DNA from: an uncultured Anaerolineales bacterium
GTDB taxonomy: Bacteria; Chloroflexota; Anaerolineae; Aggregatilineales; Aggregatilineaceae
Reading direction: 5' to 3'
Assembly: GCA_937135955.1 (NCBI GenBank)
Contig: CAKZOB010000065.1
Location: 9,818 to 73,817, forward strand
Length of the DNA: 64,000 nt
How positions within the stretch are numbered: position 1 is the first letter of the stretch; every line of letters starts with the position of its first letter. The notes beneath the pieces are model-generated. The model worked only from the letters and a program-made list of their open reading frames with translations. It had not been told where the DNA came from and made no database searches. Below, in pieces: positions 39,065 through 48,249 of the stretch. A program made the translations under genes and the position numbers.

Positions 39065-39721
39065 TCACGCCATCGTCACGGGGAACTCGATCTGGCACCA
39101 GCGATCGAAAGCGGATAAGGGGCGGTTGAGGCAGGCGTACTCGGCATAGACCGCCCGTCCATCCCGACGGGTGTAGCCATCGCCAGCGAACAGCGGGTTG
39201 AGGTGCAGGGTGTGTTCCAGAAACGCCCGCGCTTCTGCCGCTGGGCCGCCCCGCCGCATGATCTCCGCATAAGGCAGCATCTCCAGCGCAGCGCGCGCTG
39301 CCATCAATCGCTCAGCCCACTGCGGATAGGCATTCGCCGCCAGAGCCAGCACATTGGCCCATGTGGCAGGTACCATGTCCACCGGCGGCACCAGCATCAG
39401 GCGAAAGCGCGTCCCCCGCGCCAATAATGCCTTCACCTCAGCGGGCGTATATCCGATCTGCGCCAGCACCTCCGCGCCAGCCCGTCCCAACAAGTCTACT
39501 AGCGCCTCCGCGTCGAGCATGAACACTACCCGACGCGCCGGATCGTCGCTCAACGTGGTGAAGTCGGCCTCGGTCACGCCACGCAGCACCCGGCCACACA
39601 CGCCGCCCAGAGTCAACAGCGGGCGCTCGCCCCGCCCGAAGCACTCAACGAACGCCCGCGCGTATGCGCCACACCAGGTCTCCGCGTCCGCGCTGGAATA
39701 TATGACCCGCAATGTCACCAT
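39065..39721 (-). CDS. Hypothetical protein, no recognised domain
   Basis: 218 aa. Its ATG overlaps the stop of the upstream HAD gene (ATGGTGA). The gene ends 6 nt from the herA stop. Confidence 0.5.
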   Translation of the reverse strand: MVTLRVIYSSADAETWCGAYARAFVECFGRGERPLLTLGGVCGRVLRGVTEADFTTLSDDPARRVVFMLDAEALVDLLGRAGAEVLAQIGYTPAEVKALLARGTRFRLMLVPPVDMVPATWANVLALAANAYPQWAERLMAARAALEMLPYAEIMRRGGPAAEARAFLEHTLHLNPLFAGDGYTRRDGRAVYAEYACLNRPLSAFDRWCQIEFPVTMA

Positions 39722-40407
39722 CCCCTGTTCCGTAGCAGTTTCGGCAACTCCAGCAGCGACCTGATCTCCAGCACCTGCGGATCGCCTTGCGGCCTTTCAG
39801 CGCGCCGGTTGAGCCACACGCCTTGCAATCCGGCCCGCTGCGCTGCCAGCGCGTCAGTGTCCAGCTTGTCGCCGACATAGACACAGTGCGCCGCTACAGC
39901 CCCCGCCTGTGCGCACGCAGCCCGGAAAATAACAGGATCGGGCTTGCCGACTCCGGCCACGTCCACCGTCATGATCACCGCGAAGCGCCTGGCAATGCCC
40001 GTCGCTTGCAGCTTGCCCAGGGTAGCCGACGTTGCATTGTTCGAGATCACGCCCAGAGTTTCGCCCTGCAGGGCGTCCAGGCAGAGCAGCACGTCCGGAA
40101 ACAACGCCCAGCCGCGTTCATACTCTGCCAGATAAACGCCAAACAGCGCGTCGGCCTCTGCATCGCTCAGTTCCGCGCCGAAGAAATCGCGTATGCGCCG
40201 CCGCCGCTGTTCCTGGTAACTGCATTCACCGGCGGCGAATGCGGCGAAGTGCCGTTCCGCCGACTCGTGCCAGCGGGCCAGGAACTCGTCCTCGGACAGG
40301 GCAACGCTCAGACGGGCCATGTGGCGGCGGTACAGCGCCAGAGCGCCTTTTTCGGCTGCGCTATGATGATCGATCAGGGTGTCGTCTACGTCGAAGAAGA
40401 TAGGCAT
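39715..40407 (-). CDS. HAD-superfamily hydrolase
   Basis: Internal ATG at 40407. Motif I FFDVDDTLID; SNN...; KPDP; VGDKLDTD. Confidence 0.8.
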   Translation of the reverse strand: MPIFFDVDDTLIDHHSAAEKGALALYRRHMARLSVALSEDEFLARWHESAERHFAAFAAGECSYQEQRRRRIRDFFGAELSDAEADALFGVYLAEYERGWALFPDVLLCLDALQGETLGVISNNATSATLGKLQATGIARRFAVIMTVDVAGVGKPDPVIFRAACAQAGAVAAHCVYVGDKLDTDALAAQRAGLQGVWLNRRAERPQGDPQVLEIRSLLELPKLLRNRGW

Positions 40408-40529
40408 GGCTCTGTCTCCGGCCTGGCTGCACCGCGCGATCATACCACAGGAACACCGGCCTTTTATCCACAATCTTTCCACAGGAGTTATCTACAGGCT
40501 GTGCAGAACCGGCTATCTCCAGGCCAGCA

Positions 40530-40558
40530 TTGCCAAGCGCCCGCCGCTTCACTATAAT
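40530..40558 (+). promoter_or_regulatory. Promoter for alaS
   Basis: TTGCCA, 17-nt spacer, TATAAT, about 45 nt upstream of the ATG at 40604. Confidence 0.65.
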
Positions 40559-40603
40559 CGCACCGACCTGAACACACGTAGCACACATGGAAAGCATATC
40601 CTC

Positions 40604-43567
40604 ATGAAAAAAATGACCAGCGCCGAAGTGCGCGAGGCTTTTCTGCAATTCTTTGAGGAGATGGGCCACAAGCGCGTGCCCTCTTCGTCGCTCGTGCCCG
40701 GCAACGACCCTACCTTGCTCTTCACCAATGCGGGCATGGTGCAGTTCAAAGACGTTTTCCTGGGGCTGGACAAACGCCCCTACACCCGCGCCACCACCGC
40801 GCAGAAGTGTATGCGCGTCAGCGGCAAACACAACGATCTGGAAAACGTCGGCCCTTCGCCGCGGCATCATACGTTCTTCGAAATGCTGGGCAATTTCAGC
40901 TTTGGCGACTATTTCAAGCGCGAGGCGATTCGCTACGCCTACGATCTGCTGACCAAAGTCTACGAGATGCCCCTCGAACGCCTGGCCTTCACCGTCTACG
41001 AGAGCGACGATGAAGCCTACAACATCTGGACGCGCGAGATTGGCGTGCCGCCCGAACGGGTAGCGCGCATGGGGCCGAAGACCAACTTCTGGCAGATGGC
41101 CGAAACAGGCCCCTGCGGCCCGACTTCGGAGATTCACTTCGACCTGCGCCCCGAAGAAGGCGTTGATACCATCATCCCGGCGTTGCGGGCAGAAAGCGAC
41201 CGCTTCCTGGAAATCTGGAATCTGGTCTTCATGCAATACAACCGCACGCAGCCCGACCCGGAACATACAGGTCAGTGGGACGAACCGTTGCCCGCCCCCG
41301 GCGTGGACACAGGCGCGGGCCTGGAGCGCATCGTCAGCGTGCTGCAGGGCACCTCGGCCAACTACGAGACCGACCTGTTCATGCCCATCATTCACCGCGT
41401 GCAGGAACTGACCGGTCATACCGACGCCGAGCGCGACGCCAACATCGTCCCCTACCGCGTCATCGCCGACCACATGCGCGCCGCAACCTTCCTCATCGCC
41501 GACGGGGTGCGCCCCGGCGCGACCGGGCGCGACTACGTCTGCCGCATGGTCATCCGCCGCGCGGTGCGCTTCGGCACCAAGCTGGGTTTCGACGCGCCCT
41601 TCCTGGCCGATGTGGCCGACGCCGTGATTGACACCATGAAGGTGGCCTATCCCGAATTGCTGGACAGCCGTGAGACCATCCGGCGCACCATCACCAGCGA
41701 AGAAGTGCGCTTCCGCCGCGCCATGGATCGCGCCCTGAGCGAACTCGACGCCATGCTCGACGACCTGACCGCTCAGACGCGCCAGACGCTGCGTCAGTTG
41801 CTCGCGCCCGCTTTCGGCACAGGCGAGCCGAAAGCGCCCGTCCCAGCGCAATCCAGCGACGGCGACCTGGCCGATCAGCTTTCCCGTATTGATCAGGCGC
41901 TGGCCGCGTCGGGTGCGCGGGGGATGTTGGACACACTCATCGAACGACTGGGGCAGGATGTCCGGCTGAGCGACATCATCGCTGCCCTGCCTCCGGAAAG
42001 CCCGCTACGCGATACGCTGGCTTTGGTCGGGCAGCTTCCGGGCGATCTGGCCTTTCGCCTGCACGCCGAGAAAGGGTTGCCCTTGGAAATCACGCGCGAC
42101 ATCGCCCACGAACGCGGCTTCACGGTGGATGAGGTGGGTTTTCGCGCCGCGCAAAAAGAGCACGAAGCGATCAGCCGCGGCAAAGAGGGCGGCGCTTTTG
42201 GCAGTATCGAGATGGGCGAAGTCTACCGGCACACGCTGGACACGCTCCGCGCCCAGGGCTGGCTCAGCGATGGCGTCCAGCACGATCCCCATGGCCCGCT
42301 CAGCCGTCAGGCCCGCGTGCTGGCCATCCTGCGCGACGGTGAGCCGGTCGAGCGCGCCGCCGTCGGCGACAAAGTCGAAATCGTGCTCGACGCGACCCCC
42401 TTCTATGTCGAATCCGGCGGGCAGGTTAGCGATACCGGCGTCTTGCAGGGCGACGGCTGGACAGTAGATGTCGAAGACGCCCGTCAGCCGGTCGGCGGCC
42501 TGATCGTGCATATCGGCGAGGTAGTGGAGGGCAATCCGGCAGTCGGCGATGCCTGCACCGCCGCTGTAGATAGCGCCCGCCGCCTGGATATCATGCGCAA
42601 CCACACCGCCACGCACCTGCTGCACGCCCAACTGCGCGCCGTGCTCGGCCCGCACGTGCAGCAGCGCGGTTCGCTGGTCGCGCCCGACCGCCTGCGCTTC
42701 GACTTCAGCCACGATCAGCCGGTCTCGCCCGAAGAACTCGACCTGATCCAGCGCAATATCAACGAAGCCATCCTGGCCAATATGCGCGTCACGGCGGAAT
42801 GGAAAGACCGCGAGACAGCCAAGCGCGAAGGGGCGATGGCCCTCTTCGGCGAGAAATACGGCGAGCGCGTGCGCACCATCAACATCTGGCAGCCCGACGG
42901 CACGCGCTACAGCTACGAGCTGTGCGGCGGCACGCACGTTGACCAGACCGGCGTCATTGGTCCCTTCGTCTTCACCAGCGAGGGCAGCGTGGCCCAGGGC
43001 ATTCGCCGCGTCGAAGCGTTGACCGGACACGCCGCCGAAGCCTACATCCGCCGCAGCCTGCGTCGCCTGGACGAGGCCGCCGCGCGCCTGGGCAGCACGC
43101 CAGACGTGATCACTGACCGGCTGGTCGCGCTGCAAGAAGAACTCAAGTCGCAGCAACAGGAGATCGCCCGTCTGCGCCGTCGGGTAGCCCGCCTGGAATT
43201 CGACGCGCTACTGAGCGAGGCGCGCGAAGTGGGCGGCGCGACAGTGCTGGTGGCCCGCGTCAGCCCCACCAGTCCTGAGACGTTGCGCGAGATGACCGAC
43301 TGGTTCCGCGACCGCGTGCCGTCCGGCGTGATCGTGTTGGGGACAGTGGCCGATAGCGGCAAACCACAACTGGTCGCCGCCGTGACCAAAGACCTGACCA
43401 GGCGCGTGCACGCTGGCAATGTCATCAAGGCGGCTGCGCAGGTTGTGGGCGGCGGCGGGGGCGGTCGGCCCGACCTGGCCCAGGCCGGCGGCAAGGACGC
43501 AGCCCGGCTCGACGAAGCGTTGCAGCGCGCCTTCGACGCGATCGCACAGGCGCTCAGCGCTGCCTGA
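40604..43567 (+). CDS. alaS: Alanine--tRNA ligase (with an internal insertion of about 88 aa)
   Basis: MKKMTSAEVREAFLQFFEEMGHKRVPSSSLVP...TNAGMVQFK; editing-domain HTATHLL; C-terminal DHHA1-like GGGGGGRPDLAQAGG. Confidence 0.96.
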   Translation: MKKMTSAEVREAFLQFFEEMGHKRVPSSSLVPGNDPTLLFTNAGMVQFKDVFLGLDKRPYTRATTAQKCMRVSGKHNDLENVGPSPRHHTFFEMLGNFSFGDYFKREAIRYAYDLLTKVYEMPLERLAFTVYESDDEAYNIWTREIGVPPERVARMGPKTNFWQMAETGPCGPTSEIHFDLRPEEGVDTIIPALRAESDRFLEIWNLVFMQYNRTQPDPEHTGQWDEPLPAPGVDTGAGLERIVSVLQGTSANYETDLFMPIIHRVQELTGHTDAERDANIVPYRVIADHMRAATFLIADGVRPGATGRDYVCRMVIRRAVRFGTKLGFDAPFLADVADAVIDTMKVAYPELLDSRETIRRTITSEEVRFRRAMDRALSELDAMLDDLTAQTRQTLRQLLAPAFGTGEPKAPVPAQSSDGDLADQLSRIDQALAASGARGMLDTLIERLGQDVRLSDIIAALPPESPLRDTLALVGQLPGDLAFRLHAEKGLPLEITRDIAHERGFTVDEVGFRAAQKEHEAISRGKEGGAFGSIEMGEVYRHTLDTLRAQGWLSDGVQHDPHGPLSRQARVLAILRDGEPVERAAVGDKVEIVLDATPFYVESGGQVSDTGVLQGDGWTVDVEDARQPVGGLIVHIGEVVEGNPAVGDACTAAVDSARRLDIMRNHTATHLLHAQLRAVLGPHVQQRGSLVAPDRLRFDFSHDQPVSPEELDLIQRNINEAILANMRVTAEWKDRETAKREGAMALFGEKYGERVRTINIWQPDGTRYSYELCGGTHVDQTGVIGPFVFTSEGSVAQGIRRVEALTGHAAEAYIRRSLRRLDEAAARLGSTPDVITDRLVALQEELKSQQQEIARLRRRVARLEFDALLSEAREVGGATVLVARVSPTSPETLREMTDWFRDRVPSGVIVLGTVADSGKPQLVAAVTKDLTRRVHAGNVIKAAAQVVGGGGGGRPDLAQAGGKDAARLDEALQRAFDAIAQALSAA

Positions 43568-43642
43568 TCGCAAGACTATAGAAACGGGAAGACTTCCGAG
43601 GGCGTTGAGACTTCGGAAGCCTGACAACAACAGCCGCTGGCA

Positions 43643-45181
43643 ATGCCATCTGACCTGCACATCATCCAGCTCGACCCGCACGACGACTCGGTCACCGTCC
43701 GCGACCGGTTGACATTCGTGCCCGCGCGCCGGGTGTTGCTGGTCTGGCCTGCCAGCGGGTCGCCGCTGCGCCGCAAACTCGACCTGTTGCTGGTGCTGCG
43801 CCAGGCGAGTCGTCTGGGGCAGAGGCTGGCACTGGTTACAGGCGATCCGGCCATCATCGAGCACGCCCGCGATTTGCATATCTCGGTCTTTCCAGATGTC
43901 GAGTCTGCCCAACAGGCGACCTGGTTGCAGCCACGCCAGCGTGTTTTTGTCCCACCGCGCGACGAGCTGGCCCGCCTGGAACTGGCCGACGTCATCCTCA
44001 GTCAGCGTCTGCCGCCCTCGCCCGGCCAGGCCCGCCGCCGGATGTTGACGCGCTGGCTGGCCTTCCTCAGCGGCCTGCTGGCCCTGGTGATTGCGTTTTT
44101 CGCCGTCGCGCCCAGCGCCACCATCACCCTCACCCCGGCCAGCCGCCAGGTCTTCGAGACGGTGCAGATCGTGGCCGATCCGGCCCTGACCGACATAGAC
44201 ATCGAGAATTTCCGGATGCCCGCCGCGGTGATCACCCTGCAGGCCACTAGCCGCGTCACCATCGAGACGTCCGGGCGTGAACGGGCGGGCGCCACGCAGG
44301 CCCAGGGGCTGGTCACCTTCACCAACCTCACCGATGAGCCACTGCTGATCCCTTACGGCACGATCGTCGCCACTAGCACCACCTACCCCGTCCGCTTCGA
44401 AACGCTGGTCGAGACGACACTGCCCGCCGGTGATCGGGCCAGCGTGCAGGTGCCCGTCCGCGCTCTGCCCGAACACTCCGGCACCGATGGCAACGTCAGT
44501 CCTGGCGCGATCAACCGCGTGGAAGGCGAATTGGCAGGGTTGGTGCAGGTCACCAATCCCAACGCGACCTACGGCGGCGCGCTGCAGGAGCGGCGCATCG
44601 TCACCGCCGACGACCTGCAACGCCTGCTCGTGCTGGGCCGCCAGCAGGTCTTGCAGCGCGCCCGCGATACGCTGCTCTACCAGCTTTCCGGTGAGCGTTT
44701 CCTGGTGCCCGGCTCGTTGCGCATTGTCACCGAGCGGCCTGAATGGACGATCTTCAGCGCGTATGTGGGCGACACCGCCGAGAGCATCAGCCTGGACTTC
44801 CGCGCCGAAGTCCAGGCCGTGGTAGTGGACGAACGTCAGGCGCGGCAGGTCGCCTATGCCGGACTGGCCCCCTACGTTCAGCCGGGTCTGGAGATCGCCC
44901 CGGAAGCGCTCTCCTTCAGCCGAGAGGACATCCTGGATATCACGCCGGACGGACGGGTCACTTTTCTGATGACCGTCAGCGGCAGCGTGGCCGTCGCCAT
45001 TGATGAAGAATACGTGCGGCAGCGCACCCAGGGCGTCAGCGTGGACGAGGCACGGCGCAGGCTCGAACGCGAACTACTGCTCGACCCCTATCATCCGCCG
45101 CGCATCAGCACCTGGCCTCGCTGGTATCCCCGGATGCCTCTGTTGCCGGTGCGCATCACCGTCGAGGTGCGCCTGCCGTGA
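43643..45181 (+). CDS. Single-pass membrane protein with a baseplate-J (gp47/gpJ)-like domain
   Basis: TM WLAFLSGLLALVIAFFAV, then GTDGNVSPGAINRVEGELAGLVQVTNPNATYGGALQE, a baseplate-J-type signature. Its stop overlaps the ruvX GTG (GTGA). Confidence 0.6.
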   Translation: MPSDLHIIQLDPHDDSVTVRDRLTFVPARRVLLVWPASGSPLRRKLDLLLVLRQASRLGQRLALVTGDPAIIEHARDLHISVFPDVESAQQATWLQPRQRVFVPPRDELARLELADVILSQRLPPSPGQARRRMLTRWLAFLSGLLALVIAFFAVAPSATITLTPASRQVFETVQIVADPALTDIDIENFRMPAAVITLQATSRVTIETSGRERAGATQAQGLVTFTNLTDEPLLIPYGTIVATSTTYPVRFETLVETTLPAGDRASVQVPVRALPEHSGTDGNVSPGAINRVEGELAGLVQVTNPNATYGGALQERRIVTADDLQRLLVLGRQQVLQRARDTLLYQLSGERFLVPGSLRIVTERPEWTIFSAYVGDTAESISLDFRAEVQAVVVDERQARQVAYAGLAPYVQPGLEIAPEALSFSREDILDITPDGRVTFLMTVSGSVAVAIDEEYVRQRTQGVSVDEARRRLERELLLDPYHPPRISTWPRWYPRMPLLPVRITVEVRLP

Positions 45182-45666
45182 GCGAACGCCGCTTCCCTGG
45201 CCGCCTGCTGGGGATCGATTACGGCCTCAAGACTCTTGGCCTGGCAGTGTGCGACCCGACCGGCTTCATCGCCCGCCCACTGCGCATTCTACGCCGCACC
45301 TCGCGCCAGGCCGACTTCGCGCAGATCGCCGCGCTGATCGCCCAACAGGGCATCGTGGGCGTAATTGTCGGGCTACCCGTGCCTCCTCCCCCCCTCACCG
45401 ATTCGTCCCAGGCCGAACGGGTGCGGCGCTGGGCCGCGCGTCTGGCCGCGGCTGTTGACGTGCCCGTCTATCTGTGGAACGAGCGCTACTCGACCGACGA
45501 GGCCATTGCCTTGCTCGCCGAAGCGGGCAGACCGGTGCCCCGTCGGGAAGACGCCGTCGCCGCGGCGGTGATCCTGCAATCGTTCCTGGATGCACTGCGC
45601 GACGAAGGTTTCCCCTGGCCGGAACAGGTCGCGCCCGCACCAGAAGGAGATCAGCAAGCCCAATAA
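45178..45666 (+). CDS. ruvX: YqgF/RuvX-family nuclease (pre-16S rRNA / Holliday-junction resolvase-like)
   Basis: GRLLGIDYGLKTLGLAVCDP...VGLP...DERYST. Confidence 0.88.
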   Translation: MSERRFPGRLLGIDYGLKTLGLAVCDPTGFIARPLRILRRTSRQADFAQIAALIAQQGIVGVIVGLPVPPPPLTDSSQAERVRRWAARLAAAVDVPVYLWNERYSTDEAIALLAEAGRPVPRREDAVAAAVILQSFLDALRDEGFPWPEQVAPAPEGDQQAQ

Positions 45667-45766
45667 TCCCCTGCGGCGGGCGATCGGCGGGAGCGCGTCT
45701 TGGAGCGCGCGCAGTTTGCCCCTATACTAACGGGCGAATTGGGCTGCACTTTTCGGAGACAGAGCC

Positions 45767-46948
45767 ATGCATCAGCGCGACATCACGCGGGGTATTCTGG
45801 CGCTCATTTTCACCACCCTGCTGGGCATCCTGTTGGTTACCTGCGTGGTGGGAGGCGGGCTGTACCTGTGGGCGCGGCAGGAGGGGCTAAATCCCCTCAC
45901 CGCCATCCGGCTGCGTATTGCGCTGGCCCGCCAACAGGACGCGCTGACCTCGCCCGCCGGAACCGACCCCCAATACCGCCGCTTCGAAGTTCGCCCCGGC
46001 GACACGGCTTATACTATCGCCTACAATCTGCGCGACGCTGGCCTGATCTCCGACCCCGACCTGTTCGTGGACTACGTGCGCTACTATCGCCTGGACAACG
46101 ACCTGGAAGCCGGGACGTACTTCCTGCAACAGACGCGCACGCTCGAAGAGATCGCCTATGCCCTCACCGACGCCTCCGCCGCCTCGCTGACCTTCGGGAC
46201 GCTGCCCGGCTGGCGCCTGGAGGAAGTCGCGCAGAACGCGGTAGGGAGCAATCCCTTGCTGAACTTTGGGCCGGTGGAGTTCATGGCTGCCGTCACACCG
46301 CCGGGGGCAACCTTCCCGCCCGGCTTCAAGGAGCGTTTCGGCATCCCCGACCTGCTCAGCAATGGTCAGCCGCCCTCGCTGGAGGGGTTCATGTTCCCTG
46401 GTGAGTACAAACTACCGCCAGACGCCACCCCGCAGCAACTGGTCGAGGCCCTGCTGACCGCCTTCAGTCAGGCGATCACCGACGAGATGATTCAGCGCGC
46501 TGCTGGCCAGGGCCTGACGTTCTATCAGGTGCTCACGCTGGCCTCCATCGTGCAGCGCGAAGCGGTTGTCCTCGACGAAGCGCCGGTGATCGCCTCGGTC
46601 TACCTCAACCGCCTGCGCCGTGGCATGAAGCTGGACGCCGACCCTACCGTACAATATGCCATCGGCTTCCGCGATGGCACCTGGTGGCCCCGCCTGAGCG
46701 GCGAGGCTGACTACTACGCGCTCGGCGTCGTGCAGTCGGATGCCGCCTACAACACCTACCTCAAGCAGGATGGCGCGCCTCTCAGCGAGCTGTTGCCGCC
46801 CGGCCCGATTTGCTCACCAGGGCTGGCGGCGATCAATGCCGTGCTCAATCCTGCGCAGACAGAGTATCTCTACTTCCGCTCCTGCGACGACCTGCGTCAC
46901 ATCTTCACCATGTCGCTGGAAGAGCATAGCGCTGTCACCTGCCCCTGA
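45767..46948 (+). CDS. mltG: Endolytic murein transglycosylase MltG (YceG-like)
   Basis: N-terminal TM, LysM-like segment, ASIVQREA..., YNTY, PGPICSPG. Confidence 0.88.
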   Translation: MHQRDITRGILALIFTTLLGILLVTCVVGGGLYLWARQEGLNPLTAIRLRIALARQQDALTSPAGTDPQYRRFEVRPGDTAYTIAYNLRDAGLISDPDLFVDYVRYYRLDNDLEAGTYFLQQTRTLEEIAYALTDASAASLTFGTLPGWRLEEVAQNAVGSNPLLNFGPVEFMAAVTPPGATFPPGFKERFGIPDLLSNGQPPSLEGFMFPGEYKLPPDATPQQLVEALLTAFSQAITDEMIQRAAGQGLTFYQVLTLASIVQREAVVLDEAPVIASVYLNRLRRGMKLDADPTVQYAIGFRDGTWWPRLSGEADYYALGVVQSDAAYNTYLKQDGAPLSELLPPGPICSPGLAAINAVLNPAQTEYLYFRSCDDLRHIFTMSLEEHSAVTCP

Positions 46949-46954
46949 GGCCGT

Positions 46955-48193
46955 CTAAATGACGCCCTGCTGGCGGTACGTCGCCAGTGTCTCGCCATCC
47001 AGGCCCAGGACTTCGCGCAGCACCTCGTCGGTGTGCTGACCGAGCGCAGGCGGCGGGCGGCGCACTGTCGCCGGGTTCGGCCAGCACTGCACCGGCGGGC
47101 CAATGAGCCTGAGCGCCTCGCCGGGCATGTCCGGCGCTTCCATCACCAGACCGCGCGCCTGCACATGTGGATCGGTGAGCGCCGCGGGGACACTGTAGAT
47201 CGGCCCGGCGGGGATGTCCGCCGCCAGCAGCGCCTCAACCCATTCGCTGGCCGGTCGCTGGACAAAGATTGCCTCCAGCAGGGGGATCAATTCCTCCCGA
47301 TGTTCGACGCGGGCGGGATTGGTGGCGAAACGCGCGTCGGCCAGCAGGTCAGGCCGCCCGATGATGGTGCACAACCGGGCAAACTGCGCATCGCTGCCAC
47401 ACGCCAGCACGAACTCGCGGTCAGCGGCGCGGAAAGTCTGGTAGGGCACAATGTTAGGGTGTTGGTTGCCCAGGCGCGGCGGCGTCTCGCCGGAGACCAG
47501 GTAGTTGCTCGCCACGTTGACCAGCGCGGCAATCTGCGTATCGAGCAGCGACACGTCGAGGTACTGCCCCTGCCTGGTGCGCTCGGCGTGACGCACCGCC
47601 GCCAGAATCGCCGACGCCGCGAACAGTCCGGCGATCACGTCGGAGATGGCGACGCCCACCTTGGTTGGCGGACCGTCCGGCTCGCCGGTGATGGACATCA
47701 GCCCGCTCATGGCCTGGATCACGTAGTCATAGCCCGGTCGGTCGCGGTAGGGGCCAGTCTGCCCGAAACCGGTGATGCTGCAATAGACCAGGGCTGGGTT
47801 GCGCGCGCGCAGGTCGTCGTAACCCAGGCCGAATGCGGCCATCTGCCCCACCATGAAATTCTCGACAACCACCTGCGAACGGACTGCCAGTTCCCGCGCC
47901 AGCGCCCGCCCCGCCTCCGTCTTCAGGTTGAGCGTCACGCTGCGCTTGTTGCGATTGATGCTGATGTAGTAGGCGCTGAGCACAGCCTCGCCCGTCCCGT
48001 GCCAGGGCGGCCCCCATTGCCGTGTGCCGTCGCCCGTCCCCGGCTGTTCGACCTTGATCACATCCGCACCCAGGTCGCCCAGGATCATCGTGCAGAACGG
48101 CCCCGCCAGAATGCGCGAAAAGTCCAGCACCCGCACCCCTGCCAGCATACCTTTTGGCTCCGTCACCGCGTCCCCCTGCTGCAAAGCTGCCAC
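46955..48193 (-). CDS. Family III CoA-transferase (CaiB/BaiF type)
   Basis: GVRVLDFSRILAGPFCTMILGDLGADVIKVE and a conserved Asp region. The start is uncertain (GTG 48193, GTG 48166 or ATG 48148). Confidence 0.85.
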   Translation of the reverse strand: MAALQQGDAVTEPKGMLAGVRVLDFSRILAGPFCTMILGDLGADVIKVEQPGTGDGTRQWGPPWHGTGEAVLSAYYISINRNKRSVTLNLKTEAGRALARELAVRSQVVVENFMVGQMAAFGLGYDDLRARNPALVYCSITGFGQTGPYRDRPGYDYVIQAMSGLMSITGEPDGPPTKVGVAISDVIAGLFAASAILAAVRHAERTRQGQYLDVSLLDTQIAALVNVASNYLVSGETPPRLGNQHPNIVPYQTFRAADREFVLACGSDAQFARLCTIIGRPDLLADARFATNPARVEHREELIPLLEAIFVQRPASEWVEALLAADIPAGPIYSVPAALTDPHVQARGLVMEAPDMPGEALRLIGPPVQCWPNPATVRRPPPALGQHTDEVLREVLGLDGETLATYRQQGVI

Positions 48194-48249
48194 AAAAAGC
48201 GAGCGACCCGCCCGTCAGCAGGTCGCCTTTATCCGCAAAGACCCTTTCG

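Noticed and set aside
40441-40496. Chromosomal replication origin (oriC) interpretation of the DnaA-box-like cluster.
   Set aside because: The window contains no dnaA, dnaN, gidA or parAB genes and no adjacent AT-rich unwinding element. There is only one perfect box. The cluster is retained as a possible regulatory or titration site rather than an origin.
40408-40603. Possible T-box leader upstream of alaS.
   Set aside because: A near-consensus promoter at 40530-40558 leaves only a leader of about 45 nt. No AGAGA, specifier-loop or T-box (GGUGGNACCGCG-like) sequence is visible.
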